Origin: an uncultured Eubacteriales bacterium
GTDB lineage: Bacteria; Bacillota; Clostridia; Oscillospirales; Acutalibacteraceae
DNA: 64,000 bases
Assembly (NCBI GenBank): GCA_964527585.1
Contig: CAZGPE010000003.1
Location: forward strand, 26,723-90,722
Direction of reading: 5' to 3'
Shown here in pieces: positions 46,763-57,976 of the stretch (its first letter is position 1; every line of letters starts with the position of its first letter). The position numbers and the translations under genes were made by a program. Below the pieces are notes generated by a model. The model searched no databases. It had not been told where the DNA came from and saw nothing but the letters and a program-made list of their open reading frames with translations.

Positions 46763-47914
46763 ATGAAAAAAATATGCAGTGTTATGTTATCTGCTCTTTT
46801 CCTTTTCTGTTTGCTGAATTTGAATGTTACCGCACAAACACAGCAAATGCAGGTGGAAGTTAAAGCAAAATCGGCGGTTTTGATGGAAGCGACAACGGGG
46901 GAAGTGCTTATGAGTATGAATGAGCACGAAAAAGTTTATCCCGCATCCGTAACGAAAATTATGTCGCTTTTGCTGATAACCGAAGCGATTGATCAGGGAA
47001 AGATCGCATTAACCGATGTTGTTACCGCTTCAAAAGAAGCTTCGCAAAAAGGCGGATCTCAGATATGGCTTAAAGAAGGAGAACAGATGACCGTCGACGA
47101 TTTGCTTAAAGCAACCGCTGTGGCAAGCGCCAATGATGCCTGTACTGCGTTGGGAGAATTTGTGGCGGGCAGTGAAACGGCTTTTGTAAAAATGATGAAT
47201 GACAGGGCAAAAGAACTCGGAATGAACGATACTGTTTTTGAAAACTGTACCGGTCTTGACGATACGGCTGAAAATCATACAACAAGCGCTTATGATGTTG
47301 CGTTAATGTCCGCAGAATTGATTAAACACGACAGAATACGCAACTATACTACAATCTGGATGGATACTTTGAGAGGTGGAGAAACTCAACTGGTTAATAC
47401 CAATAAACTTATCCGCTTTTATGAAGGCGCAACGGGACTGAAAACGGGAACAACATCAAAAGCAGGCTGCTGTGTAAGTGCAACTGCTCAAAGAGACGGA
47501 ATTTCTTTGATTGCGGTTGTAATGGGAAGCGAATCGAGTAATGACAGATTTGACGGTGCAAAAGCCATGCTTGATTGGGGATTTGCGAATTATTCCGCTG
47601 TTGAATTAAGCGTTGATCCTTCGTTGATTGCCGATGTAACGGTTATAGGAGGCGATGTTGAAAAAATTACTCCGGTTGCGCAAAATACATTTACCGCAAT
47701 TGTGAAAAAAGGCTGTGAAGATAAAATTACCGTTAAGACCGATTTGGCTCTCGATGTTCAGGCACCTGTAGAAAACAATCAGGTTCTCGGAACGGTCGAA
47801 TTCTTTTCCGACGGAAAATCAATCGGAAAAATAAATCTTTGCAGTCAACGGGAAATAGAAAAAATGAATTTTATTGATTATTTGAGCCGTTTTATGCTTT
47901 GCTTATGTACTTGA
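46763..47914 (+). CDS. D-alanyl-D-alanine carboxypeptidase (S11, PBP5/DacF-like)
   Basis: ATG at 46763 sits behind GGAGGTG. It has a signal peptide and the SxxK (ASVTKIM), SxN (SAND) and KTG (KTGTT) motifs. The ORF-track N-terminal extension overlaps ligA and is rejected. Confidence 0.9.
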   Translation: MKKICSVMLSALFLFCLLNLNVTAQTQQMQVEVKAKSAVLMEATTGEVLMSMNEHEKVYPASVTKIMSLLLITEAIDQGKIALTDVVTASKEASQKGGSQIWLKEGEQMTVDDLLKATAVASANDACTALGEFVAGSETAFVKMMNDRAKELGMNDTVFENCTGLDDTAENHTTSAYDVALMSAELIKHDRIRNYTTIWMDTLRGGETQLVNTNKLIRFYEGATGLKTGTTSKAGCCVSATAQRDGISLIAVVMGSESSNDRFDGAKAMLDWGFANYSAVELSVDPSLIADVTVIGGDVEKITPVAQNTFTAIVKKGCEDKITVKTDLALDVQAPVENNQVLGTVEFFSDGKSIGKINLCSQREIEKMNFIDYLSRFMLCLCT

Positions 47915-48054
47915 AAATCAGATATTGCGCAATTTTGATATTATTTTTGAAAAATTCACAAAATGTTGTTGAAATGGAAACGGATTTAGAGTAAAATATA
48001 GTCATAAATCAGTTTTATAACTCGGATGGGTTGTTGAAGGAGAATTTTTCAGTA

Positions 48055-49395
48055 ATGTCAGTAAAATTAAACACAAAGTATCTTAACGGATTTGTCAGCG
48101 CAGACGACTTCAGCGCAATTGCAGGCGAAATTGCCGCAGCGGACAGAACTCTCAAAGAAAGAAACGGAGAGGGAAACGATTTCTTAGGTTGGATTGATCT
48201 TCCCGTTGATTATGATAAAGAAGAATTTGCGAGGATAAAAAAAGCCGCAGAAAAAATCCGTTCGGATTCTCAGGTGCTTGTTGTTATCGGCATTGGCGGA
48301 AGTTATCTCGGAGCAAGAGCCGCAATTGAATTTTGCAAATCTCAGAATTATAATTCAACCGTAAAAGACGGTCCGCAGATTTTCTTCAGCGGAAACAGTA
48401 TAAGTTCATCTTCTCTTTATGAACTTGTTGAAATTTGTAAAGATAAAGATTTTTCAGTAAATGTAATCTCGAAATCCGGAACGACAACCGAACCCGCTGT
48501 CGCTTTCAGAATTTTTAAGAAAATGCTTGAAGAAAAATACGGAAAAGAAGAAGCGGCTAAACGAATTTATGTTACAACAGATAAGGCAAAAGGTACATTA
48601 AAAGAAGTTTCCGATAAAGAAGGTTATGAAACCTTTACAGTGCCGGATGATGTTGGCGGAAGATATTCTGTTTTGACTGCGGTCGGACTTCTTCCGATTG
48701 CTGCGGCAGGCTGCGATATTGACAAAATGATGCAGGGTGCTGCCGATGCGAGAGAAGCATATACCGACAGCGACATTGAAAAGAACGATTGCTATAAATA
48801 TGCTGCGGCACGCAACATCCTTTACAGAAAAGGTAAATCCGTAGAGATGATGGTTGCTTATGAGCCGGATTACACAATGATGAACGAATGGTTTAAGCAG
48901 CTTTTCGGTGAATCCGAAGGTAAAGACGGAAAAGGTATTTTCCCCGCTTCAGCGGTATTCTCAACCGACCTTCATTCTATGGGACAGTATATTCAGCAAG
49001 GCGAAAGGCTTCTTTTCGAGACTGCGGTTGTATTCTCGAAACCGAAACATACAGTTAATATCGAAGAAGATGTTGAAAATGCCGACGGACTTAATTTCCT
49101 TGCCGGAAAGACAATGGATTTCGTAAACGAAAAGGCGTTTCAGGGAACTCTTCTCGCACATTATGACGGCGGAGTACCCAATATAGTTCTCGAACTTCCC
49201 GAAATGAACGAATACGAATTCGGTTATCTTGTTTATTTCCTCGAAAAAGCGTGTGCTGTATCCGGATATACTCTCGGAGTTAATCCTTTCAATCAGCCGG
49301 GCGTTGAGAGTTATAAAAAGAATATGTTCGCTCTTCTCGGAAAAGCCGGTTATGAAGAACGCAAAGCAGAACTTGAAAAAAGACTTTCGGAATAA
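48055..49395 (+). CDS. pgi: Glucose-6-phosphate isomerase
   Basis: Firmicute-type PGI of about 446 aa with [24 protein letters not shown] and ESEGK motifs. Confidence 0.94.
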   Translation: MSVKLNTKYLNGFVSADDFSAIAGEIAAADRTLKERNGEGNDFLGWIDLPVDYDKEEFARIKKAAEKIRSDSQVLVVIGIGGSYLGARAAIEFCKSQNYNSTVKDGPQIFFSGNSISSSSLYELVEICKDKDFSVNVISKSGTTTEPAVAFRIFKKMLEEKYGKEEAAKRIYVTTDKAKGTLKEVSDKEGYETFTVPDDVGGRYSVLTAVGLLPIAAAGCDIDKMMQGAADAREAYTDSDIEKNDCYKYAAARNILYRKGKSVEMMVAYEPDYTMMNEWFKQLFGESEGKDGKGIFPASAVFSTDLHSMGQYIQQGERLLFETAVVFSKPKHTVNIEEDVENADGLNFLAGKTMDFVNEKAFQGTLLAHYDGGVPNIVLELPEMNEYEFGYLVYFLEKACAVSGYTLGVNPFNQPGVESYKKNMFALLGKAGYEERKAELEKRLSE

Positions 49396-49448
49396 GGTAA
49401 TTTACCTCAATTGAGGTTTTTTATAAATAATATACAGGAGGAGATAAT

Positions 49449-49868
49449 ATGGTATCTCTTATTATTGGGCACAAAGGCTCAGGAAAAACAAAAATCTTAG
49501 TAGACAAGGTTAACGAAGCAGTTGAAAAATCAAACGGCAATGTTATCTGCGTTGAAAAGGAAACAAAACTTACATACGATGTAAGCCACCGTGCAAGACT
49601 TGTTTCGACAGATAGCTTTTCGGTAAGCGGATTTGATGCTTTTTACGGCTTTTTGAGTGGACTTTGCGCAGGAGATCATGATATTACCGACATCCTTGTT
49701 GATGCAACTTTCAGAATCGGATCAAGAGATTACGAAGCTCTTGCGGATTTTCTTAAAAAAGTTGATGAACTCTCTAAGATCACAGATACAGAGTTCACTT
49801 TCACAATCTCGACAGATCTTGAGAACCTTCCCGAGAGAATGTTTGAGTATTGCACAAAAATCAACTGA
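49449..49868 (+). CDS. Mini P-loop NTPase-like protein of unknown function
   Basis: 139 aa with a strong RBS (AGGAGGAG). Walker A is GHKGSGKT and the Walker-B-like motif is ILVDAT. It has its own terminator. Confidence 0.65.
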   Translation: MVSLIIGHKGSGKTKILVDKVNEAVEKSNGNVICVEKETKLTYDVSHRARLVSTDSFSVSGFDAFYGFLSGLCAGDHDITDILVDATFRIGSRDYEALADFLKKVDELSKITDTEFTFTISTDLENLPERMFEYCTKIN

Positions 49869-49885
49869 TTTTTGAATGAATTTAG

Positions 49886-49925
49886 CTGCCGCTGTGAAAC
49901 TCATAGCGGCAGTTGATTTGTATTT
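49886..49925 (+). terminator. Terminator after the P-loop gene
   Basis: CTGCCGCT / AGCGGCAG stem followed by T-rich sequence. Confidence 0.7.
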
Positions 49926-49955
49926 TAGATTTTCTTCGAAAATGAAATTTAACAG

Positions 49956-49984
49956 TTGACAAAATCCTATAATCTGTATATAAT
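49956..49984 (+). promoter_or_regulatory. Consensus promoter of the yceD-rpmF operon
   Basis: TTGACA, a 17-nt spacer, then TATAAT. Confidence 0.7.
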
Positions 49985-50011
49985 ATTTGTGCTACTTTGA
50001 CGAGGTGTAGT

Positions 50012-50485
50012 ATGTTTATAGAACTTGAACCGATTTTTAATCTTGACGGTGCTTCAAAAGAATTTGATTATGAATTTCAGCCGGACGGTTGTGATTTTTT
50101 CAATGTCGTGAAAGCCGTCGGTTGTGTTAAAAACCGTGCAGGAATCGTTTCGTTGGAAGCAAATGTAAAGTTTACGATTGACACTTTGTGCGACCGCTGT
50201 GCCGCTCCCGTTAAAAAAGAAATGAATTTATGCTTTGAGCATACTCTTGTTTCAAAACTTAACGATGATGACAATTGCGAACTTTATCTTGTAGAAGATA
50301 TGCATTTTAATCTTGACGAACTTATCAGGGAAGACATACTGTTATCTTTGCCGACTAAAATTTTGTGCCGTGAGGACTGTAAGGGCCTTTGTTTATATTG
50401 CGGCGCTAATTTGAATGAGGAAAAATGCGATTGCAAAAAGCCGATTGACCCAAGGCTTGAAGCGTTAAAGCAGTTCCTTGAATAA
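50012..50485 (+). CDS. yceD: YceD/DUF177 family protein (large ribosomal subunit accumulation protein)
   Basis: ATG at 50012 sits behind GAGGTG. It has a C-terminal CxxC...CxxC-type motif ([23 protein letters not shown]) and lies immediately upstream of rpmF, the conserved arrangement. Confidence 0.85.
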   Translation: MFIELEPIFNLDGASKEFDYEFQPDGCDFFNVVKAVGCVKNRAGIVSLEANVKFTIDTLCDRCAAPVKKEMNLCFEHTLVSKLNDDDNCELYLVEDMHFNLDELIREDILLSLPTKILCREDCKGLCLYCGANLNEEKCDCKKPIDPRLEALKQFLE

Positions 50486-50519
50486 TAAGTATATTAAGCG
50501 ACTAAAGGAGATATTAAAA

Positions 50520-50705
50520 ATGGCAGTACCGAAGAGAAGAGTTTCAAAAGCAAGAAGAGATAAGAGACGCTCAAGCGTTTGGAAGATGAGCGCTCCCGAA
50601 CTCCAGAAGTGCCCCAACTGTGGCGAATACAAGAGAACTCACAGAGTTTGTGCTGTATGTGGCCACTACAACGGCAGACAGGTTGTAATTAAAGAAGAGG
50701 CATAA
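50520..50705 (+). CDS. rpmF: 50S ribosomal protein L32
   Basis: [18 protein letters not shown]... with a CPNCG...CAVCG zinc ribbon. AAAGGAG RBS. Confidence 0.95.
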   Translation: MAVPKRRVSKARRDKRRSSVWKMSAPELQKCPNCGEYKRTHRVCAVCGHYNGRQVVIKEEA

Positions 50706-50796
50706 GTTTCTTTCTTTTACTTTTACAAGGTTGGACAAGAGGTGGAGAAGAATTATCTTCCCCGCCTTTTTATCGTGGAGAAAAAGAGGTGAGTGT

Positions 50797-52113
50797 GTGG
50801 CGGTAACAGTCAATGAAGTAAAGACCTTTTCAAAATGTTGGTTTTTCGGCATAAGAGCAGGGGATAAACTTGTTAAAATCAATTCCAAAGAAATAATAGA
50901 TGTATTGGATTATGACTTTTATATGAGTTTTTTACCTGCCGAAATGGAATTCCTTACCGCAAAAGGAAAAACGGTAAAAATCAAGGTGAACGATGAAAAT
51001 ACGGGAATTAAGTTTGAAACATTTTTAATGGACAAACAACACAGTTGCCGTAATAAGTGTATTTTTTGTTTTGTCGATCAGTTGCCTAAGGGAATGAGAG
51101 AAAGTCTTTATTTTAAGGATGACGATTCACGCCTTTCATTTCTTTTCGGAAATTATGTAACACTTACTAATTTGACCGAGCACGAAATCGAGCGAATTAT
51201 CGCAATGCATATAAGCCCCGTAAACATTTCCGTTCATACGATGAACCCTGAATTAAGAGTTAAAATGATGAACAATAAAAATGCGGGGAAATGTCTCTCG
51301 ATAATTAAAAGGTTTGCCGATGCGGGAATAAAAATCAATGCTCAGCTTGTTTTATGTCCCGAAATCAATGATGCAGACGAACTTCGTTTCAGTCTTAACG
51401 AACTTGCGAAAATGTATCCGTCTGTTCAAAGCATAGCTGCCGTTCCCGTCGGATTGACAAAATACCGTGAAGGATTGTTCGAACTTAAACCTTATACCAA
51501 AGAGCGTGCCGGGGAAACGATTGATATAATCGAAGAGTTTTCATCGGAATTCAAGAAAAAGAACGGAATACGCCTTGCATATCCGTCGGATGAATTCTTT
51601 ATAATCGCTCAAAGGAAAATGCCCGATGAAGAATATTATGATGAATATCCTCAAATAGATAACGGTGTCGGACTTTGGACCTCGCTGCGTGATGAGTTTT
51701 TTGCGGCTGTCGAAGATATGAAAGATGTTAAGGCGCAAAACAGAGAAATCACTCTTGCAACAGGTGTAGCGGCTTATCCGCTTATGAAAGAACTTTCACA
51801 GACCGCACAGGAAAAATTCGGAGTGAAAGTAAATGTTGCAAAAATAATAAACGAATTTTTCGGTGAGGATATTACGGTTTCCGGCTTGCTTACGGGAAAA
51901 GACTTAATATCTCAGCTTAAAGGTCGAGACCTCGGAGAAAAACTTTTAATCCCGCTTGTTATGACGATTGATTATACATCGCACTCAACCGAAAACAATA
52001 AGTTCCTTGACGATATTACGCTTAAACAGGCGGAAAAAGAATTGAATATACCAATCGTTCCGACATCCAATAACGGAACCGAACTGTTAAAAAATATTTT
52101 GGGGGTGGACTGA
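50797..52113 (+). CDS. DUF512-type radical SAM protein with an N-terminal PDZ-like domain
   Basis: CRNKCIFCF is a CxxxCxxC motif. GTG at 50797 behind GAGGTG is preferred over the TTG at 50731. Confidence 0.8.
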   Translation: MAVTVNEVKTFSKCWFFGIRAGDKLVKINSKEIIDVLDYDFYMSFLPAEMEFLTAKGKTVKIKVNDENTGIKFETFLMDKQHSCRNKCIFCFVDQLPKGMRESLYFKDDDSRLSFLFGNYVTLTNLTEHEIERIIAMHISPVNISVHTMNPELRVKMMNNKNAGKCLSIIKRFADAGIKINAQLVLCPEINDADELRFSLNELAKMYPSVQSIAAVPVGLTKYREGLFELKPYTKERAGETIDIIEEFSSEFKKKNGIRLAYPSDEFFIIAQRKMPDEEYYDEYPQIDNGVGLWTSLRDEFFAAVEDMKDVKAQNREITLATGVAAYPLMKELSQTAQEKFGVKVNVAKIINEFFGEDITVSGLLTGKDLISQLKGRDLGEKLLIPLVMTIDYTSHSTENNKFLDDITLKQAEKELNIPIVPTSNNGTELLKNILGVD

Positions 52114-53453
52114 TGTCAAAACCGGTAGTTGCAATTGTCGGCAGACCTAATGTCGGCAAAAGTACACTTTTTAACAAACTTATCGGACAAAGACTTTCAA
52201 TAGTCGACGATACGCCCGGTGTAACAAGAGACCGGATTTACGGGGATTGCGAATGGCTCGGCAGAAATATGCTTTTAGTCGATACCGGCGGTATTGAGCC
52301 TTATTCCGATGATGTAATTCTTTCGCAGATGCGCCGTCAGGCACAACTTGCAATTGAGAGCGCAGATGTAATAATTCTTGTTACCGATTTGCGTTCCGGT
52401 GTAGTAGCCACAGATACCGAAGTTGCTCAAATGCTTCAAAAAAGCGGAAAACCTATTGTTTTGTGCGTAAATAAATGCGATACGATAGGTGAGGTACCGC
52501 CTGATTTTTACGAATTTTACAATTTGGGACTCGGAGATCCGATTGCCGTTTCTTCGGTTCACGGACACGGAACCGGTGATTTGCTTGATGAGGTAATTAA
52601 ATTTTTGCCGGATGAAAACGAAAACGAAGATGAAGACGATAAAATCAAAGTTGCTCTTATCGGAAAACCGAATGTAGGCAAGTCATCTCTTATAAACGCA
52701 GTTTCCGGAGAAGAGAGGGCAATTGTTTCCGATATTGCCGGCACGACAAGAGACTCAACGGATACTTTGATAAGCAATGAATTCGGAGAATTTGTCTTTA
52801 TAGATACAGCGGGACTTCGAAGAAAAAGCAAGGTTGAAGATCAAATTGAAAAATATTCGGTAATCCGTGCGAGAATGGCTGTCGAAAGAGCGGATGTTTG
52901 CGTAATTATGATTGATGCGACGGAAGGATTTACCGAGCAGGATTCAAAAGTTGCCGGAATTGCACACGATCTCGGAAAAGCCTGCATTATTGCGGTTAAT
53001 AAATGGGATGCCGTAGCGAAAGACGGAAGAACAATGGATAAAGAGCGTAAAAAACTTATGAACGATTTTTCGTTTATGAGTTATGCTCCGATAATTTTTA
53101 TTTCGGCGAAAACAGGTCAACGGCTTGACAGGATGTTTGAGTTGATTAAATTTGTAAACGAGCAAAACTCAATGAGAATTTCGACGGGTAAACTCAATGA
53201 GGTGCTTTCCGCAGCGACAACAAGAGTTCAACCGCCTACCGATAAAGGCAAACGCTTAAAGATTTACTATATGACTCAGGCTTCCACAAGACCGCCTACA
53301 TTTGTATGTTTTGTTAACAGTAAGGATCTTTTCCATTACAGTTATCAGCGTTATCTCGACAACCAAATCCGTGAAGTTTTCGGACTTGAAGGAACGCCGA
53401 CAAGGTTCGTTATCAGGGAAAGAGAAAAGAACGGAAAAAAAGACTACAAATAA
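52113..53453 (+). CDS. der: Ribosome biogenesis GTPase Der (EngA)
   Basis: Two tandem GTPase domains (GRPNVGKST, DTGG; GKPNVGKSS, DTAG, NKWD) plus a KH-like C-terminus. Confidence 0.96.
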   Translation: MSKPVVAIVGRPNVGKSTLFNKLIGQRLSIVDDTPGVTRDRIYGDCEWLGRNMLLVDTGGIEPYSDDVILSQMRRQAQLAIESADVIILVTDLRSGVVATDTEVAQMLQKSGKPIVLCVNKCDTIGEVPPDFYEFYNLGLGDPIAVSSVHGHGTGDLLDEVIKFLPDENENEDEDDKIKVALIGKPNVGKSSLINAVSGEERAIVSDIAGTTRDSTDTLISNEFGEFVFIDTAGLRRKSKVEDQIEKYSVIRARMAVERADVCVIMIDATEGFTEQDSKVAGIAHDLGKACIIAVNKWDAVAKDGRTMDKERKKLMNDFSFMSYAPIIFISAKTGQRLDRMFELIKFVNEQNSMRISTGKLNEVLSAATTRVQPPTDKGKRLKIYYMTQASTRPPTFVCFVNSKDLFHYSYQRYLDNQIREVFGLEGTPTRFVIREREKNGKKDYK

Positions 53454-53457
53454 TGTT

Positions 53458-53486
53458 AAAAGGAGTGAATTTTTCACTCCTTTTTT
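53458..53486 (+). terminator. Terminator after der
   Basis: AAAGGAGTGAA / TTCACTCCTTT stem followed by T-run. Confidence 0.85.
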
Positions 53487-53487
53487 C

Positions 53488-53516
53488 TTGCTATAAAAAA
53501 TGAATTGTAGTATAAT
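53488..53516 (+). promoter_or_regulatory. Promoter of the ruvCAB-glmM-ecf-truA gene string
   Basis: TTGCTA, a 17-nt spacer, then TATAAT. Confidence 0.6.
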
Positions 53517-53552
53517 TTTATAAATATAGTTACTATGGGGTATTGTGTAAAA

Positions 53553-54053
53553 ATGATAATTTTGGGAATAGATCCCGGCTATGCGATTGTCGGCTACGGA
53601 GTTATAAATTACGAAGCTAATAAATTTAAGGTTCTTGATTACGGAGCGATTACAACTCCCGCCGGAATGCCTTTCGTTCAGAGACTTGATGTTATATACA
53701 ATGACCTTAATATGCTTTTTGAAAAGTATCATCCCGAAGCGATGGCGATAGAAAAACTTTTTTACAATACCAATGCGAAAACCGTTATTGATGTTGCTCA
53801 GGCGAGAGGAGTAACCGTTCTTGCGGCACATCAGCATAAAGCGGAAATATTCGAATACACTCCGTTACAGGTTAAGCAAAGTGTTGTCGGATACGGAAGA
53901 GCGGAAAAAAAGCAGGTTCAGGAAATGACGAGGGTTATTCTCAATCTTGAAAAAATACCCAAGCCCGATGATACCGCAGATGCTCTTGCAATGGCGATTT
54001 GCCACGCTCATTCAAGCGGTTCGCTTATGGGAAAACTTAAAAACTTAAAGTGA
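53553..54053 (+). CDS. ruvC: Crossover junction endodeoxyribonuclease RuvC
   Basis: [16 protein letters not shown] is the catalytic Asp motif, with a C-terminal [12 protein letters not shown]. The start could be the upstream ATG at 53535. Confidence 0.9.
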   Translation: MIILGIDPGYAIVGYGVINYEANKFKVLDYGAITTPAGMPFVQRLDVIYNDLNMLFEKYHPEAMAIEKLFYNTNAKTVIDVAQARGVTVLAAHQHKAEIFEYTPLQVKQSVVGYGRAEKKQVQEMTRVILNLEKIPKPDDTADALAMAICHAHSSGSLMGKLKNLK

Positions 54054-54062
54054 GGAAACAGG

Positions 54063-54668
54063 ATGTTTTATTCGATAACGGGAAATGTTGTTTATTACGA
54101 TGCCCAATGCGTTGCGATTGACTGCAACGGGGTGGCGTTCAAATGTTTTGCGACAACAAACACTTTGAAAAATGTTGCTCAAATCGGCGAAAAAATAACA
54201 TTGTTTACATATTTGAATGTTAAGGAAGACGCTTTGGATTTATACGGATTTTACACTCAGCAGGAACTTGAGTGTTATAAAATACTTATTTCCGTATCCG
54301 GAGTAGGAGCGAAAATGGCACTTTCCGTTCTTTCGGAAATGACACCCGATCAACTTGCTTTAAGTATTGCCGCAGGCGACTCAAAAGCGATAACGAAGGC
54401 AAACGGTGTAGGAAATAAAATCGCTCAGAGGATTGTTCTCGAACTTAAAGATAAATTGGCAAAAGGTCTTGATTTAAGCAATTCAAATGATGATATTTCG
54501 GCTGTAAACTCGGCTGTTTCGAACGGGAATTCAAGTGAAGCGGTTTCGGCACTTACAATGCTCGGTTATTCTCAGTCCGAAGCAGCGATAGCAGTCGGAA
54601 AATTAAGCCCCGAACTCAGCGTTGAAGATATGATAAAGCAAGCATTAAAACAGCTTTCTGCAATATAG
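54063..54668 (+). CDS. ruvA: Holliday junction branch migration complex subunit RuvA
   Basis: OB fold at the N-terminus, HhH motifs (VSGVGAKMALSVLS, ANGVGNKIAQRIVLEL) and a C-terminal domain III. Confidence 0.94.
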   Translation: MFYSITGNVVYYDAQCVAIDCNGVAFKCFATTNTLKNVAQIGEKITLFTYLNVKEDALDLYGFYTQQELECYKILISVSGVGAKMALSVLSEMTPDQLALSIAAGDSKAITKANGVGNKIAQRIVLELKDKLAKGLDLSNSNDDISAVNSAVSNGNSSEAVSALTMLGYSQSEAAIAVGKLSPELSVEDMIKQALKQLSAI

Positions 54669-54677
54669 GAGTAAAAT

Positions 54678-55724
54678 ATGGATTTTGATAACGAAAACAG
54701 AATTGTTTCTCCCGACTTAAATGAGATAGACAACGATATCGAAACATCGTTAAGACCGAAAACATTTAACGAATATATAGGTCAGGAAAAAGCAAAAGAA
54801 AATTTGAAAATATATATTGATGCGGCAAAGGCGAGAGACGATGTTCTCGACCATGTTTTGCTTTACGGCCCGCCCGGATTGGGAAAAACAACCCTTTCCG
54901 GAATAATCGCCAATGAGATGGGCGTACAAATCAGAGTAACATCGGGACCTGCGATTGAAAAACAAGGAGATTTGGCGGCACTTTTAACAAATCTCAATGA
55001 CGGAGATGTTCTTTTCATTGACGAAATACACCGCCTTTCCCGAAGCGTCGAAGAAGTATTATATCCTGCAATGGAAGATAATGCACTTGATATAATTATC
55101 GGAAAAGGTCCGTCGGCAAGAAGTATAAGACTCGATTTACCGAGATTTACTCTTGTCGGAGCGACAACAAGGGCAGGACAGTTATCGGCGCCTTTGAGAG
55201 ACCGTTTCGGAGTTATTTGCCGTCTTGAAATGTATACACCCGAAGAACTTTCGTTTATAGTCAAACGAAGTGCGGGAATTTTGGGGATTGCGATTGATGA
55301 CGACGGTGCGCTTGAAATCGCCTCACGCTCAAGAGGTACGCCGAGAATCGCAAACCGACTTCTTAAAAGAGCAAGGGATTTTGCTCAGGTTATAGGTAAC
55401 GGAACAATAACCTGCGATACAGCGAAAATCGCACTCGGAAGAATGGAAATCGACGAACTCGGACTTGACCTTATCGACAGATTGCTTTTAACTTCGATGA
55501 TTAAAAACTATAAAGGCGGTCCGGTCGGACTTGAAACAATTGCCGCAACAATCGGAGAAGAAGCGGTAACGATTGAAGATGTTTACGAACCGTATCTTAT
55601 GCAGATAGGTTTTCTTTCAAAAACTCCGAGAGGCAGGGTAGTTACTCCGTTAGCATACGAGCATCTCGGTATTCCTTTCGAAAACGCAAATTCCGTAACA
55701 GGTCAGCAAAAATTAGATTTATAA
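54678..55724 (+). CDS. ruvB: Holliday junction DNA helicase RuvB
   Basis: [12 protein letters not shown], Walker [10 protein letters not shown], Walker B FIDEIHR and [11 protein letters not shown]. Confidence 0.97.
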   Translation: MDFDNENRIVSPDLNEIDNDIETSLRPKTFNEYIGQEKAKENLKIYIDAAKARDDVLDHVLLYGPPGLGKTTLSGIIANEMGVQIRVTSGPAIEKQGDLAALLTNLNDGDVLFIDEIHRLSRSVEEVLYPAMEDNALDIIIGKGPSARSIRLDLPRFTLVGATTRAGQLSAPLRDRFGVICRLEMYTPEELSFIVKRSAGILGIAIDDDGALEIASRSRGTPRIANRLLKRARDFAQVIGNGTITCDTAKIALGRMEIDELGLDLIDRLLLTSMIKNYKGGPVGLETIAATIGEEAVTIEDVYEPYLMQIGFLSKTPRGRVVTPLAYEHLGIPFENANSVTGQQKLDL

Positions 55725-55748
55725 AAAATTTTTTCAGGAGATTTCATT

Positions 55749-57098
55749 ATGGGAAGATTGTTCGGAACAGACGGCGCAAGAGGTGTCGCAAACAGTGAAT
55801 TAACTTGTGAACTTGCAATGAAAATCGGCCGTGCGGCTGCAATGGTGCTTACCGAAAGCTGTGCTCATAAACCGAAAGTTTTAATCGGTATGGATACAAG
55901 AGCTTCGTCTCATATGCTTGCTTCGGCAATTTCGGCGGGACTTTGTTCAGTCGGAGCGGATGTTCTTATAATTGATGTTGTACCCACTCCGGCGGTTGCT
56001 TTTTTGGTTAAAGAGTACGAATATGATGCCGGTATTATGATTTCTGCATCTCATAATCCGTGTGAATATAACGGAATTAAGATTTTTCAGTACAACGGAT
56101 ATAAGTTGCCCGATGAACTTGAAGATGAAATTGAACAGATTATTCTCGATGATGTAAAAGTTCCTCCGGTAATGCTCGGCGGTGATGTCGGCAGAATTGA
56201 TTTTTCAAGTAAAGCCGTTGACGATTATATTTTCCATTTGGCAATGACAGCAGACGGAAATTTCAAAGGAATGAAAATCGCTCTGGACTGTGCAAACGGT
56301 TCCGCAAGCGTAAGTGCAAGGGCATTATTTACCCGATTGGGTGCGCAGTGCTTCATAATTAACGACAAACCTAACGGAACCAATATTAACGAAAATTGCG
56401 GTTCTACACATCTTGAACAGCTTAGACAATATGTTGTCGAAAACGGATGTGATATAGGTTTTGCTTTTGACGGTGATGCCGACAGAATGCTTATTGTCGA
56501 TGAAAACGGAAATGTCGTTGACGGAGACAAGGTAATTGCCGTTTGCGCAAAATATATGAAAGATAACAATAAACTTAAAAACAATACGGCAGTTGTTACC
56601 GTGATGAGCAATATGGGATTTTTCAAGTTTTGCGAAAAGAACGGAATCAACTGTGCTAAAACCAAAGTCGGAGACAGGTATGTCCTCGAAGAAATGGTGA
56701 AAAACGGTTATATAATCGGCGGTGAGCAGTCTGGACACATTATTTTCCTTGAACACGCAACGACGGGCGACGGTCAAATGTCTGCAATACAAGTGCTTAA
56801 TGTTTTGAAAAATACAGGTAAAAAGATTTCCCAACTTGCCGAAGAAATGCAGGTTTATCCGCAAGTTCTTATCAATGTAAGAGTTTCCAATTTCGGTAAG
56901 ACAAGATTAAATCAAGACGAAGAAGTGCAGCTTGCAATTAAACACGCTTCCGATGAACTTGGAGAAACAGGCAGAGTGCTTGTGCGTGTTTCGGGAACGG
57001 AGCCGCTTGTCCGTGTAATGCTTGAAGGCGAAGATTACGATAAAATCAAATCGCTTGCCGAAAGTATCGCAAAGGTAATTGAAGAAAGGTTAGTTTAA
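55749..57098 (+). CDS. glmM: Phosphoglucosamine mutase
   Basis: LFGTDGARG, the phosphoserine loop SASHNP, FDGDADR and GEQSGH. Confidence 0.96.
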   Translation: MGRLFGTDGARGVANSELTCELAMKIGRAAAMVLTESCAHKPKVLIGMDTRASSHMLASAISAGLCSVGADVLIIDVVPTPAVAFLVKEYEYDAGIMISASHNPCEYNGIKIFQYNGYKLPDELEDEIEQIILDDVKVPPVMLGGDVGRIDFSSKAVDDYIFHLAMTADGNFKGMKIALDCANGSASVSARALFTRLGAQCFIINDKPNGTNINENCGSTHLEQLRQYVVENGCDIGFAFDGDADRMLIVDENGNVVDGDKVIAVCAKYMKDNNKLKNNTAVVTVMSNMGFFKFCEKNGINCAKTKVGDRYVLEEMVKNGYIIGGEQSGHIIFLEHATTGDGQMSAIQVLNVLKNTGKKISQLAEEMQVYPQVLINVRVSNFGKTRLNQDEEVQLAIKHASDELGETGRVLVRVSGTEPLVRVMLEGEDYDKIKSLAESIAKVIEERLV

Positions 57099-57101
57099 TA
57101 A

Positions 57102-57965
57102 ATGCGTTATACAAAATCGTGGAAAGATTATGAATTGCTTGACTGTTCAAGCGGAGAAAGACTTGAAAGATGGGGTAATGTTACTTTAATTCGACCCGAT
57201 CCTCAGGTAATTTGGAAGACACCGAAAAACCATCCGATGTGGAAAAAGGCGGATGCGGTATATCACCGTTCGTCTTCCGGCGGAGGTAATTGGGAAGTAA
57301 AAAACAAAATACCTGCTTTTTGGAATATTAACTACAACGGTTTATCGTTTAATGTCAAAACAATGGGCTTTAAGCATACGGGAATTTTTCCCGAACAGGC
57401 TGTAAACTGGGATTATACCGCATCTTTGATAAAAAATGCCGGCAGACCCGTTAAAGTGCTTAATCTTTTCGCATATACCGGTGCCGCAACGGTTTCCTGC
57501 CTTAAAGCCGGTGCAGAAGTTGTTCATGTCGATGCCTCTAAAGGTATGGTTCAATGGGCAAAAGAAAATGCGGCCGTTTCAAATGTTGCTGACAGAAAAG
57601 TCCGTTGGATAGTTGATGATTGCGTAAAATTTGTAACCCGTGAAATCAGAAGGGGAAACAAATACGATATAATTATTATGGATCCGCCTTCATACGGAAG
57701 AGGTCCCGGCGGTGAGATATGGAAACTTGAAAATGAAGTTTATTCGTTTGTTGAGTTGTGTTCACAGGTTTTAAGCGATGATCCGATAATGGTTCTCATA
57801 AACTCATACACAACCGGTCTTTCTCCGGCTGTTATGCAATATATTCTCGGCTCGTTGATTAAGACAAAATTTGGCGGTACGGTAGAAAGCGATGAAATCG
57901 GTCTTCCGGTAACGCAAACGGGTATGATACTCCCTTGCGGAGCGTCTGCGATTTGGCATAGGTAA
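57102..57965 (+). CDS. Class I SAM-dependent (RlmI/YwbD-like) methyltransferase
   Basis: [13 protein letters not shown]-binding motif I and the IIMDPPSYG motif IV. Confidence 0.8.
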   Translation: MRYTKSWKDYELLDCSSGERLERWGNVTLIRPDPQVIWKTPKNHPMWKKADAVYHRSSSGGGNWEVKNKIPAFWNINYNGLSFNVKTMGFKHTGIFPEQAVNWDYTASLIKNAGRPVKVLNLFAYTGAATVSCLKAGAEVVHVDASKGMVQWAKENAAVSNVADRKVRWIVDDCVKFVTREIRRGNKYDIIIMDPPSYGRGPGGEIWKLENEVYSFVELCSQVLSDDPIMVLINSYTTGLSPAVMQYILGSLIKTKFGGTVESDEIGLPVTQTGMILPCGASAIWHR

Positions 57966-57976
57966 AGGACAGTTTA

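Noticed and set aside
47944-47961. Rex- or cre-like site TTTTTGAAAAATTCACAA upstream of pgi
   Set aside because: Only the right half (TTCACAA) matches the Rex consensus. The left half has several mismatches, and there is no central CG for a cre site.
50797-52113. The DUF512 radical SAM protein as the missing sulfatase maturase
   Set aside because: It has a single CxxxCxxC cluster, a PDZ-like N-terminus and no SPASM-type extra cysteine clusters. It sits in the conserved position upstream of der, far from the sulfatase.
53256-53837. 193-aa minus-strand ORF across the der 3' end, the terminator/promoter region and ruvC
   Set aside because: It is antisense to conserved genes and runs through a strong terminator hairpin. 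I see no family resemblance.
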